A DNA stretch of 64,000 nt, from assembly GCA_000004985.1 (NCBI GenBank), contig GG738869.1; one strand, written 5' to 3'. Positions 22,055-32,932 of the stretch are shown here, piece by piece. How positions within the stretch are numbered: position 1 is the first letter of the stretch; the number at the start of each line of letters is the position of its first letter. Position numbers and translations under genes: made by a program. The notes under the pieces are model-generated. The model was not told the DNA's origin. It did not search any database and worked only from the letters and a program-made list of their open reading frames with translations. The DNA is from Naegleria gruberi (taxonomy: Eukaryota).

Positions 22055-23647
22055 TTATTTAAATTGATCGATATTTCTAAAGCTATTCTTTTGAGGATTT
22101 TCCACCTTTTTCATCAACTTTAAATATTCAACTCTGAAAGAATCCAACATGTCAGATTTGGATTGGTTTGGGAAATTCAATGAATTCTTGAACGTTTCAT
22201 GGCAGTTGATCAATTTCTTTCCAATTTGAATTTGAGCTTCATCGAAAATATTTGTCAAATCACCTTCAGAGTCACCAATCGATATCTTAACTTGATATCT
22301 TTCAATTTCCTTCTTAATTTCTTCATGTTTCGAATACTTGACATGATTTCTGGCAAGTTCAGTATCCAAGAATTGATTATATATTTCCATTGCTTGTCTA
22401 TCTTCACTATCATTCAACTTGAACGAATTCAGTGACAATAAATCACTGGAAAATGTCAAAATCTCACTCTGTTCATCATCTTCCTGAGAAGGTGAATTAG
22501 CAGTGGAGCAATTGAGTAAACTGCTGTTGTTATTTCTCTCATTGGAAAAGTTTTTCATATCTTCCAGAATTGACTTGATAGTCGAATGTAATGATTTCTT
22601 ATGTTCCTTAAATATCTGAACTTGTTCAAGAAAGTGAAATCTATTCGAAAGTGAATCTCCCTTACAATATTCACCAAATAAGGGTCTCATAAATGGATCT
22701 GCAATTGTCTGAATGACCATAATTGCCTTGGCATGTTCCAATTTCTTAGCCGAATCATGTTCAACCTTAATAGCATGAATAAAAATCAAGACAACCAATG
22801 GAATTGCCACTGATAAACAAACTGCAATAACTGTCAAGTCAGTTGTCGTGGCAGTTTCCATCGCATTTAGCTGAATTACACTCAAATTCTTGATATCACC
22901 CACAAAATTCACATATGTATTTAGAAAAGTGTACATTCCATTGTAATGAGTTGGATTATAAAAGGCAGTCAATGCAGCTGAATAATTCTTCGCCACTACA
23001 TATTCCACAACCTGTTCCTGTAATTTAAAAAGAGGTATTTCATTCGCGTCACGTGTCAAATTTCCCAAACTAGCACTTGGCACCAATGAAAATAATCGAT
23101 TCATGGTCGAAATTAATGATTTCTTAGCAGCATAATATTCCAATGCATAACTTTCATTCCTTCCATACACTGCTATATACTCTGTCATGATCATTGTATT
23201 GTAATACTTGTAGGAATTCCCGTAATGTTGTAAAATTTCGACAAGTGGCCACTTTACAATATCATAGTTATAAATTGTTGTTATGAAAATGGCAAGAAAT
23301 GAAGCAATAATCAAGAACATTCCCAATATAGAGACAATTCTCATGCAATTGAAAGCAAAAGTTCCACAACATGATTTGACATTTACAATGGATTGAGATT
23401 TTGACGTGTTGGAGGTAGTCTTGGTTTTTGCAGAAGTTATGGAATATTTTCGTTTTAGGGTTTGAATTCTGGATTCTTGAGCGTTGATAACGGTAATGGT
23501 GCCATCATCAATTAGGACACTTTTCTTTCGAATAGGTTCATCACCTTGATTAGTTTCGGATAATGGAATGGGTGAAGTAATGGTTACACTGGTTGAGGTT
23601 GGAGAGTTGAGTCTTTCGCGAGGAGTTTCGTTGGGGAGAACTGGCAT
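22055..23647 (-). CDS. receptor-like RGS protein, type A (cytoplasmic N-terminus, TM1, about 170-aa N-glycosylated ectodomain, TM2, C-terminal RGS domain)
   Basis: 530-aa ORF with aaaaaaATG. The RGS core is IADPFMRPLFGEYCKGDSLSNRFHFLEQVQIFKEHKK...AMEIYNQFLD...FDEAQIQIGKKLI. It has two hydrophobic helices and many NxS/T sites between them. It is a paralog of 43295..44602. Confidence 0.7.
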   Translation of the reverse strand: MPVLPNETPRERLNSPTSTSVTITSPIPLSETNQGDEPIRKKSVLIDDGTITVINAQESRIQTLKRKYSITSAKTKTTSNTSKSQSIVNVKSCCGTFAFNCMRIVSILGMFLIIASFLAIFITTIYNYDIVKWPLVEILQHYGNSYKYYNTMIMTEYIAVYGRNESYALEYYAAKKSLISTMNRLFSLVPSASLGNLTRDANEIPLFKLQEQVVEYVVAKNYSAALTAFYNPTHYNGMYTFLNTYVNFVGDIKNLSVIQLNAMETATTTDLTVIAVCLSVAIPLVVLIFIHAIKVEHDSAKKLEHAKAIMVIQTIADPFMRPLFGEYCKGDSLSNRFHFLEQVQIFKEHKKSLHSTIKSILEDMKNFSNERNNNSSLLNCSTANSPSQEDDEQSEILTFSSDLLSLNSFKLNDSEDRQAMEIYNQFLDTELARNHVKYSKHEEIKKEIERYQVKISIGDSEGDLTNIFDEAQIQIGKKLINCHETFKNSLNFPNQSKSDMLDSFRVEYLKLMKKVENPQKNSFRNIDQFK

Positions 23648-23998
23648 TTTTTTAAGAGATTATTAATTAAGGAAGGGGACAGATGTTGAGTTTTTATTGG
23701 AAAGTAGACGAAAGATAAAATCTCTTGGAAGTACATCAATTCTCTTTGTACATTCCCCCAAGTGCATGATATGAATCATTACTTGCCTTTCGTATATTTC
23801 GGTAGAGATAGACGAAACGTAATAGGGATATTAGCTATCTCTCTCGAATATTAAAAAACAAGAGTTGTCATTGAACACTATCTGAGGTTTCCTTTTTCAT
23901 TACTATTGGAGATAAGCGCAATAAAAACAATCTCTAACAATCTTGAACTAAACCTACCGAAACGTCAACATCAATTAATTTTCAATAATTCAAAAAAA
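23648..23998. promoter_or_regulatory. divergent (head-to-head) intergenic region shared by RGS genes A1 and B1
   Basis: A 351-bp spacer lies between two divergently oriented start codons. It contains a direct repeat of TAGACGAAA (about 23708 and about 23806). Confidence 0.4.
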
Positions 23999-25714
23999 AT
24001 GAATTTAAATCAACATGAAATATTGGAAACCAGCATTAAGGAAGAGGTTTTTCAAAACACATCATCTAATAATCTAGTTTCGAATAATGAATCTTGGCAG
24101 GAGCAAGACCTTTCAATTGCACCAAACTTTCAACTTGGTGATACAAACGACATTCTCTCAAATACTCAACTTGATAATATTAGTAACATGGCAGACGATC
24201 TGGAAAGTCTAGAAATTCCTGAACTCGGCGACATGTCAAATGCCAGTCCCATGTTTACAAAAGTTCAACAAGAAGATGACATCAACGAAGAACCACTTGA
24301 AAACCACAATGAATCCCAACCAAACATTCGTAAAAGATACTCCCTAATCTCTCAATGGAACAAAAAGAAGGTTTCCCTTTGTTGCGGAGGAAAAATTGGA
24401 ATTGTCCCATGTTTATCCGTAATGGCAATTCTCCTCAGTATTTTAGCGCTCATTTCCATTGCCCTCCTCGTTGCCCTTCCATTCTATGAAATTAAAAAAA
24501 TACCAATTCTAGATTTAATGACAAGTCGTGCAAAATTATTTGCCTCATATATTGCCATGAGGGATATGTTAAGGTTGGGAGTTGAGAATAAGGGTAATTA
24601 TGATTCGTATTCGACCTATTATTACTATTATTACTATAAGAATAATTTTAATAATAGTTATACAAATTTTACGCATATTATTCCAACAAAGTTTAGTCAT
24701 GAATTTTTGACGAAACCTTTGGCAACTTATCCTATTTTTGTGAACTATTGGGATAAGATGGTAAAGAAGGTGGTTTCGTTTAGGGTGATAAATGGAACGA
24801 CCTATTACTCTCTCAATAAGACCATTCAAGCAGAGGCAAGAAGTCAACTTTACTCAGTTGACTATGCCACGACTTTCAATGATTTTCAAACCTCTTTCTA
24901 TGATTTACAGGACAAGCTATTCGAAATGTGCCATCATGCTGATATGCTGGTCAAGAATAGTGGAATTGCCACTTTATTTTTGGTCTGTTTCTCATTGGCA
25001 GTGATTCTTCCAACCATTCTAATAATTTTCATATTTGCATTGAGGAAAGATCGATCGAATGCAAAGAATCTTCACTCAGCCAATCGAAATATGTTGAAAG
25101 AAACCATGTCCAATCCGTCCATGAGAAGAGATTTTAGAAAGTTTTGTAAAGATTGTAAAATGGAAGGTCAATATTTGATTTTGGAAAAGATTCAATTTTA
25201 TAAGGAATTTTCATTGGAATCGTATGATGCACAAATGAATTTATTTGAATTGACTGGAGAGTATGTGAGGAAACAGAATATTAACATGAAGGAAAAGAAT
25301 TCGAGGTTGGTTTATAAGGTGGCTAAAGAGGCCGAGAAGAAATTAGTTTATTTTGAAAGGATGAAATACGAAACTATATTTGAGATTGTTGAAAATTTTC
25401 ATGAGGTGAATCAATGTTCGCACTTTTCAGCACTCTTTCAAGAAGTGAGAACAGTGTTGGATTTGTACAATAACAAGAATGATATCTTTGAGGATACAGA
25501 TCTACTGCCTTCGAAACTATTCGATAATTTAGAAAAGGAATTGAGTACAGCTCTTGCTAGAACTCATTTGCAATTCAAATCAACGAGTGGACTAAATGCT
25601 AGCAAAGCAATGTCATGCAATTCACCATCATCTCCAATTATTGTTGAGAAAACGAAGCCACTATTGGATCAATCAGTAATCTCTACTACAGAAGATCTTT
25701 CCATTCAAGTGTAA
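23999..25714 (+). CDS. receptor-like RGS protein, type B (two TM helices flanking an ectodomain, C-terminal RGS domain)
   Basis: The ORF starts at 23906. ATG 23999 has the aaaaaaaATG context. The RGS core is MSNPSMRRDFRKFCKDCKMEGQYLILEKIQFYKEF...LFDNLEKEL. It is a paralog of 41631..43181. Confidence 0.65.
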   Translation: MNLNQHEILETSIKEEVFQNTSSNNLVSNNESWQEQDLSIAPNFQLGDTNDILSNTQLDNISNMADDLESLEIPELGDMSNASPMFTKVQQEDDINEEPLENHNESQPNIRKRYSLISQWNKKKVSLCCGGKIGIVPCLSVMAILLSILALISIALLVALPFYEIKKIPILDLMTSRAKLFASYIAMRDMLRLGVENKGNYDSYSTYYYYYYYKNNFNNSYTNFTHIIPTKFSHEFLTKPLATYPIFVNYWDKMVKKVVSFRVINGTTYYSLNKTIQAEARSQLYSVDYATTFNDFQTSFYDLQDKLFEMCHHADMLVKNSGIATLFLVCFSLAVILPTILIIFIFALRKDRSNAKNLHSANRNMLKETMSNPSMRRDFRKFCKDCKMEGQYLILEKIQFYKEFSLESYDAQMNLFELTGEYVRKQNINMKEKNSRLVYKVAKEAEKKLVYFERMKYETIFEIVENFHEVNQCSHFSALFQEVRTVLDLYNNKNDIFEDTDLLPSKLFDNLEKELSTALARTHLQFKSTSGLNASKAMSCNSPSSPIIVEKTKPLLDQSVISTTEDLSIQV

Positions 25715-25779
25715 TAAACTATTAAGTTGTCAGAGTTAGTTTTGTGGTTTATTTACAATAGAGAAATCCAAAGAGAGAA

Positions 25780-26667
25780 TTAAAGATTTCTTTGTCTATC
25801 AACTTGTCTGCATTGTAATTGCCAAACAGCTGGTTCAGCAGCACTACCATGAACGAATACAGGGCTCTTAGTTTCAACCAAAGAAACACCCCAACTAGTA
25901 ATTCTGCAATAACATTCACCCTTCAAAACTGGATAACCCTTACGAATACGATCAGCAATAACATAACCATCAATCATAACGAGAATATTGTAAATGAGAA
26001 CGAGAGGAATTAATGGAATACCAATAAAGAAGGCACACAATACGGCAAGAATGGTAGTCAAAACAACTGAAACAACGAGATAGATAGCACCCTTTGATTG
26101 TTGTCCAATGACAAAATGTCCCAAACCAGGGAAGACCAAATTACAGAGCAAAACAAGTGCTGGTTCAACTCCTTGAACCTTGACATAGGATTCATCAGTA
26201 ACTTGAACAGTAGTATTGGTTACAATAGGAGTAGTAGTTGGTTGAATGGTAGGTGGAAGAGTAGATGGAACATAGGTAGGTTGTTGTTGTGGAATATGAT
26301 TTACATTTGGGAGAGGAGGCAATTGAATTTGTGGTTGTCCAGATTGTTGTTGTTGTTGTTGCAATAACTGTTGTTGTTGTAAATATTGTTGATACATTTG
26401 TTGTTGTTGAAGAAACTGGGCATATTGACTTTGTGGAATGTAGGCAATTTGTTGTTGTCCATCTTGTCCCATAACCGGAACAGCATAGAAGGCTTGTTGT
26501 TGTTGTTGACCAGTAGTAGCAACATTTGGTTGTTGTTGTTGGTGAACAATTGGTTCTTGCTTTTGAGTAAAAGTTGGTTGTTGTTGTTGTGCTTCTTCTT
26601 GTTGAATTTGTTCACTGGTTGGAACGTATTCATCAGCTTCATCTTGAAGATTTTGATAACCGCTCAT
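25780..26667 (-). CDS. TM2-domain protein with long Q-rich N-terminal region
   Basis: The TM2-like motif is NLVFPGLGHFVIGQQSKGAIYL with flanking TM helices. The poly-Q is encoded by (CAA)n. The ORF starts at 26850, but ATG 26667 (MSGYQNLQDEADEY) has the oligo(A) context. Confidence 0.5.
   Translation of the reverse strand: MSGYQNLQDEADEYVPTSEQIQQEEAQQQQPTFTQKQEPIVHQQQQPNVATTGQQQQQAFYAVPVMGQDGQQQIAYIPQSQYAQFLQQQQMYQQYLQQQQLLQQQQQQSGQPQIQLPPLPNVNHIPQQQPTYVPSTLPPTIQPTTTPIVTNTTVQVTDESYVKVQGVEPALVLLCNLVFPGLGHFVIGQQSKGAIYLVVSVVLTTILAVLCAFFIGIPLIPLVLIYNILVMIDGYVIADRIRKGYPVLKGECYCRITSWGVSLVETKSPVFVHGSAAEPAVWQLQCRQVDRQRNL
26280..26600. repeat. imperfect (TTG/CAA)n trinucleotide tract encoding poly-Gln on the minus strand
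   Basis: There are runs of ttgttgttgttg. This explains the spurious plus-strand poly-Val/Leu ORFs at 26289..26694. Confidence 0.7.
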
Positions 26668-27024
26668 TTTTATTATTGTATGGAAGAGTTTTGAAATCCT
26701 TTGCGGGAAATGTTTTGTTTGTGCTTTTTTTTTTGATAGGGAAATTGATGAGAAAAGTAAAATTAGCTTCAAAAAGAGTTCTAATTGGAAAAATTTTAAA
26801 ATGGAAAGGAGTTTGGTTTGATTGATGTTGAATTCGAAGTTTCTTTTCACAGAGTATTTTCTAAGGTATTAAGTACTAAGAAGTGAATGCAATGAACCTA
26901 ATCATGTGATTCAAAAAACAATCTAAGATTTGTAAAAGTAACAACTTTCTCAAACAAATGTAAAAAATCTCATACCCTTCCAACAACCTTCCAATCACTT
27001 TCTTCAATTCTTCCACAAAAAAAA

Positions 27025-29130
27025 ATGGTTCTACTTCCCTCATCGTCATCAGACAGCAATAATCAAGCAGAGAACACCACGACAGCCTGCTACGGAAAAA
27101 TCATTCAACTCTCTCATCAACTCATCACACGAGTGGAAGAGTGGAGAGATGAGTTGTTGCAACGTGTTGAAGGGCAAATGAAAATTCAGAAACAATCCAT
27201 GCACGATTCACATTATAAACCATTCGATCATGAGGAGTATGAGAGAGAAATGGCTTCAAAGGTGGTGATTCCTGGATTGGAAGATGTTTTTCATGATTTA
27301 ATGCAGAGAGTGGATGTGGCTCTTGATTTGCAACCTTGCTTTCAGGATGTTAATAATCAGGTATTGAATGATGTGGAGTGTTCTGCTCCAATGATGGAAT
27401 TTAATGAAGAAGTAATTGGAATGAACAATAATGAAATGTTGTTGACAAGTTCTGCAGAGCTTGTGTATTGTCCAGAAAATTCAAGTGTTGAAGAGTTTCT
27501 TTCAGGTTTCAGTAAATACAAAACTAAAGAAAGAAATGAAGAATTATTGAAACAAGCACTGAGTACCAAGCTATTGATTGGATCTCAAATGAGTGAGCTG
27601 GAAAACAAATACATTATCATGAGTCCATTCATGATGAATATTACCAGTTTGGAAGTATGTAATACAGGCATTGGAGTAGATGTTTCCATTTTCCTTTCGA
27701 AAAGCAAACACGTTTCCAATTTGACAAGTTTGAGATTGAGAAAATGTGGATTGGAGAGTAAGCATGCCAGAGTTCTCTCTGAAAACCCATATCTTTGCAA
27801 TTTAAAGGTTTTGGATTTGGGAGATAATGTTCATATACTGTCATCTGGTTGCAGATATATTTCAGAATCTAATAACATGCGTCAGTTGACTAGCTTGGAT
27901 ATTTCTAACAATAATATTGATAGAGATATTGAATATCTTTGTAATAGTCAAAAAATGCAGAATTTGACCAAGTTAGATCTCGAACGAAATATTGTTGGCG
28001 AAACTGCAGCCAAACACATTTCTATGAGTATTTTCTTCTATAATATGATGGAACTCAACTTGAAAAACACAGGACTCAGTGAAAAGGCATTCAAAACGAT
28101 AGTAGAGTCACCAAACATGACAAACCTTACAACTCTCGATGTCAGAAACAATTCTCTCGGATCTATTTGCTGTAAACACTTAGCAGAAAGCATGTACATG
28201 TCCAAATTGACTTCTCTGTATCTATCTCAGAATCTTATAGACTCAGATGGAATTAAATACATTGCCAATAGTCAATACATGGCAAACTTGAGAAGAATTC
28301 TCTTGCTAGAAAATAGAATTGGAGCTGAGGGTGTGAAATATCTATCTCAGAGTCCATATATGGCTAATTTGACAATGATAGGATTGGAAATGAATGGAAT
28401 TGGAAGTGATGGATGCTCTTATTTATCAAATAGTTTGTGTATTACCAATCTGACAACTATTCAGCTGTTTAAAAATAAGATTCGTCCAGAGGGTATGAAA
28501 TATTTATCAGAAAGTCCATTACTCTCTAATTGCACAACTCTTGGATTAAGAGAGAATAATATTGGTGTAGAGGGAGCTGGATATCTTTCTACGAGCCCTT
28601 ATCTTTCAAAAGTCACAACACTAGTTCTGTATGAAAATCAACTGGGAGTAGAGGGAGTTCGATTGATTGTTTCCTCTCAAAATTTCTCAAATTTGACCTC
28701 CCTTAGTTTGGAAAGTAATAATATTGGTGCTGAAGGAGCTAAATTAGTGGCAGAGAGTCCATTTATGTCTCACTTGACAACACTCTTGTTATTTGATAAC
28801 AAAATTGGACCAGAAGGTGTTAAATATTTATCTCAAAGTGCTCATCTATCAAATTTAACACATTTAGAAATGGATGGTAATGCAATCAAGAATGAGGGAC
28901 CTAAATTTATTGCCCAAAGTTCTGTATTTTCAAATTTGAGAGAGTTGAGTATTCAGAATAACTCGATTAATGTGGAAGGGCTCAAGTATATTCTTGAGAG
29001 CAAATTAATCACTCAATTACACACCTTGGATATCAGAAGTAACTCTTTTGCATCTATACTTCCATTCTCAGAAGCATCAAAACTCCTACAACAAGCCAAA
29101 CAAAAGTATTGTATCAAATTAAACAACTAA
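27025..29130 (+). CDS. leucine-rich repeat protein, ribonuclease-inhibitor (RNI)/NLR-type 28-residue LRRs
   Basis: 701-aa ORF with aaaaaaaaATG. It has at least 15 tandem repeats of the form LTxLxLxxNxIGxEGaKyLsxS. Confidence 0.7.
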   Translation: MVLLPSSSSDSNNQAENTTTACYGKIIQLSHQLITRVEEWRDELLQRVEGQMKIQKQSMHDSHYKPFDHEEYEREMASKVVIPGLEDVFHDLMQRVDVALDLQPCFQDVNNQVLNDVECSAPMMEFNEEVIGMNNNEMLLTSSAELVYCPENSSVEEFLSGFSKYKTKERNEELLKQALSTKLLIGSQMSELENKYIIMSPFMMNITSLEVCNTGIGVDVSIFLSKSKHVSNLTSLRLRKCGLESKHARVLSENPYLCNLKVLDLGDNVHILSSGCRYISESNNMRQLTSLDISNNNIDRDIEYLCNSQKMQNLTKLDLERNIVGETAAKHISMSIFFYNMMELNLKNTGLSEKAFKTIVESPNMTNLTTLDVRNNSLGSICCKHLAESMYMSKLTSLYLSQNLIDSDGIKYIANSQYMANLRRILLLENRIGAEGVKYLSQSPYMANLTMIGLEMNGIGSDGCSYLSNSLCITNLTTIQLFKNKIRPEGMKYLSESPLLSNCTTLGLRENNIGVEGAGYLSTSPYLSKVTTLVLYENQLGVEGVRLIVSSQNFSNLTSLSLESNNIGAEGAKLVAESPFMSHLTTLLLFDNKIGPEGVKYLSQSAHLSNLTHLEMDGNAIKNEGPKFIAQSSVFSNLRELSIQNNSINVEGLKYILESKLITQLHTLDIRSNSFASILPFSEASKLLQQAKQKYCIKLNN

Positions 29131-29176
29131 AAAAGACAATTGTATTGCAAAAAAAAGAAGAAAGTAAAATATGAAT

Positions 29177-29249
29177 CGCCCACCGTGGGGGTCGAACCCA
29201 CGACCACAAGGTTAAGAGCCTTGCGCTCTACCGACTGAGCTAGACGGGC
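29177..29249 (-). tRNA. tRNA-Lys: tRNA-Lys (anticodon CUU)
   Basis: The reverse complement is GCCCGTCTAGCTCAGTCGGTAGAGCGCAAGGCTCTTAACCTTGTGGTCGTGGGTTCGACCCCCACGGTGGGCG. It has a cloverleaf with G-U pairs in the acceptor stem and the anticodon loop CTCTTAA. Confidence 0.9.
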
Positions 29250-29640
29250 TACACATCCCCACAAAAACTGTCAATAAAAATTATTAAGACTTATTAATTA
29301 TCAAATTATGAATTGAAATCAGTTTGAAAATAAACAAATTAATCACAACCAAAATATCCATTAATAAAACTAATTTATTGCACTTTCAAAATTGAACGCA
29401 ATATCTCACTTTCAGCAATCATACTGCGACAAAAAGGTTACCGCGAAGGAGCAACATATGGTTTGGATGGTTCGATTGCTGCGTTATGGGCCAGCCCCAC
29501 CAGTTGTTCTTTTTTAATCCAATTTGTTCCACAATTGTAAGGAATAAGGTTTTAAAATTGTTGCAAAGAAGCAAACACTGGCCATCAATTTGAACCAAGA
29601 AAAAATATTTAAAAAAAATTTTAAAAAAAATCGTAAAAAA

Positions 29641-31062
29641 ATGGCGCAAAACAAAATCACGTTTCTGGGTTCTGGGTAATCTCCGTATTCTCGATTTTCA
29701 ATCATCACAACTAAAAAATTAATTAACATGAAAACAAGCCTTTTCAAGACATTATTGGGTTGTTACCAGTCTAATACAATTTTCGAGTTTGATGAATTCA
29801 TGTATCGGCCAGTTGAGTGGCTGATGATGACAAATAACAGAATAGTGGTGGCTTGTCAAGATAGAATGTTGAATTTATTTGTTTTCAAGGTCATCAAGTT
29901 TGCGGATGAGCAAGAGAAAGTAGATGGTGAAACCAAAACTGAACTAATGGATATTATTAATGGATTAGATTTTTTCAATATTCTTACAGCAGGAATTCAT
30001 CAATTAGAAAACGAGGTTGTTGCAATTACTACCTATCGTGGATTGGATTTGGGTAGGCTGAGAGCAGAAAAAATAGGGAAAGGGGAAAAGATAGCTGTCT
30101 CGTTAGTTCTAAAGATTTTATTGCAGGTTACGGCAGCCTTAAAAAGGCTTCATGAAAATGATTTGATACACAGAGATGTAAAATTGGGGAATATTTTCAT
30201 GGATAATAATAGTAATTCAGATTTGGTTGTTTTGGGCGACTATGGAGTTGCAACAAAAATTAATCATATTCAAGACTTTGAACTTTATTCTAGTGTAGGC
30301 TCTGTGGGGTATTTGCCTCCTGAGCTAGAGGTAGAAAATCATGCAAGTTTTAAATGGGATGTGTGGAGTCTTGCAATCACAATATTGAAGTTTATGTTTG
30401 GGGATGAGCAGTGTGATTTTACAAAACATTATCATTTGTTGGAATTTAATAATAACAATTCAGAAAAAAAGTTCATAACTACAGTCCATAGAGTTGAAAA
30501 ACTATTTGAGCAAAGCACCCATTGCTTAAAAGACTCACCATTATGGAAAGATGTTAAGAATGTTCTTCTTAGAATGCTATTGAGAGAACATGAACGACCA
30601 AATGTGAAACAATTATTCAATGAATTTTTTGTGGGAAAGGGGTTAGTGATTGATTATGTATTCCATAAACTCAAAACTATCTCATCCAAATCTAACGAAG
30701 AATTACTCTTAAACTTGAGAAAGGTTTTAAGTTTTAAAGAAAGTGAAGCGTTCGAAAAGGGATTGAGTTTTACCCAATTCTGGTTCATTTTAGATGTTTT
30801 GATTAAAAATCCCAAATTTGGAGGCACCTATGTGCACAAACCTTTCGAGCCCCAATTCACTACTGTCACTCCTATATTTTACAAACAAATGGATGGAGAA
30901 TGGAAATGGTCACCTGATGGCGATTATTGGATGTCATGCAGTACAGAAACAGTGATAGGAGGATATTATGATGGTCAAATGCCAGTTATGGAAAATATTC
31001 GCCTTCTTAAATGGTTGCACAATGATTATGGAGTGGCTATAGTTGATTTAGGGTTGGAATGA
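29641..31062 (+). CDS. protein kinase-like protein with atypical motifs (HRDVKLGN, DYG, PPE); probable short 5' exon
   Basis: Exon 1 is 29641..29675 (aaaaaaaATGGCGCAAAACAAAATCACGTTTCTGGGTTCTGG, donor gtaatc). Exon 2 is 29739..31062. The splice yields ...FLGSGGLFKTLLG, which resembles a Gly-rich loop. The catalytic loop HRDVKLGN is intact. There is no clear VAIK Lys. Confidence 0.5.
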
Positions 31063-31531
31063 AGATTATTTGATCTTGGATAAACTATATTTCCAAACAA
31101 TCTATTCGATTAGAAATCATGGAATTTGTGGAACTGAGCTATAGGAATATAACGAATTTAAAGAAAGAATGGATCATCTTTTGGAGATTTTACAAGAATT
31201 CGAAACATTTTATGAATTTAAGATTTTCTATCAAAAGTGAAAGTTATGTCGATTCAATCTTAATAAATTAATCAATTGAAAAAGTTTGGGAGCTGAAACT
31301 TCAGAGTCATCAATTATGACAAATTTCACATTATTGCAAATCTTGAAAAATCTTTTTTTAAGTGTTCGTTAAGTTTCTACTTGATTAATAAAAATTCTTA
31401 AAATAATTTTTGAGTGTTACAATTTTCTTGGAATTTCTGTTTGAATTGAAATCTTCACCGTTTCTTTCAACTTCAAAAATACTTAAAACTGGCCCTAGAA
31501 ATGGAGATAATTTTACAACAAACAAAAAAAA

Positions 31532-32851
31532 ATGGAAAGCGAATATGATATTGTAGTGCTTGGTACTGGATTGACTGAGTCAATTCTTGCTGCTTTGATG
31601 ACATTGAAAGGTTACAAAGTTTTAATTCGTGATAGAAATAAGTATTATGGTGGAGAGATTGCTTCATTGAACTTGAATCAAATGTTTGAAATGTTGAAGG
31701 GTGACAGTTCAGTTCCACCTATTGAGCTTGGATCTAGTAAGGACTATAACATTGATTTGATTCCAAAACTTGCCCTTTCAAGTGGAAAACTTGTTAAAAT
31801 TCTCAGATCCCTCGGTGTTATTCGTATGGGTATTGAACTTTCACCTATTGATTCCGCTTTCGTTTATCATGAAAACTCATTCGTCAAGATTCCAATTCAA
31901 CATTATGAAATTATCCACTCTCCTCTTGTAACTGGTTCAAACCCTATTCAAGCCAAAAACCTATTGAACTTCTTGTCTAATTACAATCAAAATGATCCAA
32001 CCACTCATCAAGGACTTGATTGCTCCAAACTTTGTATTGGAAATGTTTTTGAACATTTCAATGTTGATGAGGAAACCATTAATTATTTGGGACATGTCGT
32101 TGGAATGTATTCAGATGATTCATTTGTCAATGAGACTGCTTGTGAATTTATTGAAAAAGTTTCACTTTATGAGGAATCTCTTAATGAAAATGGGAAATCA
32201 CCATTTCTTTATCCTAAATATGGATTGGGAGAGTTGACTCAAGTGTTGAATCGTTTTAGTGTATTGAATGAAGCTACTTGCATGTTGGATGCACCAGTTG
32301 AGAAGATTCATTATGATGAGAATGGACATGTTTGTGGTGTTGAATCCGATGGGATAATTGCCAGATGTCAAATGATAATTGGTGATTCGAGTTACTTTAC
32401 TGAGAGAGTTCAATGTGTTGGAAAGGTAATCCATGCAGTTTGCATTCTTTCTCATCATCCAATTCCCCAAGTATCAAATTCCTGTCAAATCATCTTCCCA
32501 AAACCTCAAAATCACAAACATGACATTTACTGTCGTGTATTGAAACACAATCAGGAAATTGCTCCAAATGGAAAATTCCTAGTCTCCATCTCTACCATTG
32601 CTGAAACACAAGATCCAGAATCAGAAATTAAGGATGTTCTTGCTTTATTGGAACCAATTGAGGAAAAGTTCATCTCCATTCGTATGGTTAATGAGCCAAC
32701 TGAGAATTTGAATGATGGAGTATTCATTACCAAGTCATACGATGCCTCAATGCACTTGGAATCATGTGTAGAGGATGTTGAAGATTTATATGAGAAGATT
32801 TGTGGAGAAAAGCTTGATTTTACCAAATTCCAATCTTCATTCTTATTGTAA
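31532..32851 (+). CDS. GDI: Rab GDP-dissociation inhibitor (GDI/REP family)
   Basis: The N-terminus MESEYDIVVLGTGLTESILAALMTLKGYKVLIRDRNKYYGGE matches the GDI FAD-fold signature. 439 aa, oligo(A)-ATG. Confidence 0.8.
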   Translation: MESEYDIVVLGTGLTESILAALMTLKGYKVLIRDRNKYYGGEIASLNLNQMFEMLKGDSSVPPIELGSSKDYNIDLIPKLALSSGKLVKILRSLGVIRMGIELSPIDSAFVYHENSFVKIPIQHYEIIHSPLVTGSNPIQAKNLLNFLSNYNQNDPTTHQGLDCSKLCIGNVFEHFNVDEETINYLGHVVGMYSDDSFVNETACEFIEKVSLYEESLNENGKSPFLYPKYGLGELTQVLNRFSVLNEATCMLDAPVEKIHYDENGHVCGVESDGIIARCQMIIGDSSYFTERVQCVGKVIHAVCILSHHPIPQVSNSCQIIFPKPQNHKHDIYCRVLKHNQEIAPNGKFLVSISTIAETQDPESEIKDVLALLEPIEEKFISIRMVNEPTENLNDGVFITKSYDASMHLESCVEDVEDLYEKICGEKLDFTKFQSSFLL

Positions 32852-32932
32852 ATATTACATGCATGCACACCACCAGAGGTTCTTCTTACCTTTTTGTTGC
32901 ATCTTCTCCATAACATGTCCATAAAACAACTT

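Noticed and set aside
26289-26825. Plus-strand ORFs encoding poly-Val/poly-Leu (26289..26474, 26386..26694, 26574..26825)
   Set aside because: They are the antisense reading of the (CAA)n poly-Gln tract of the TM2-domain gene on the minus strand.
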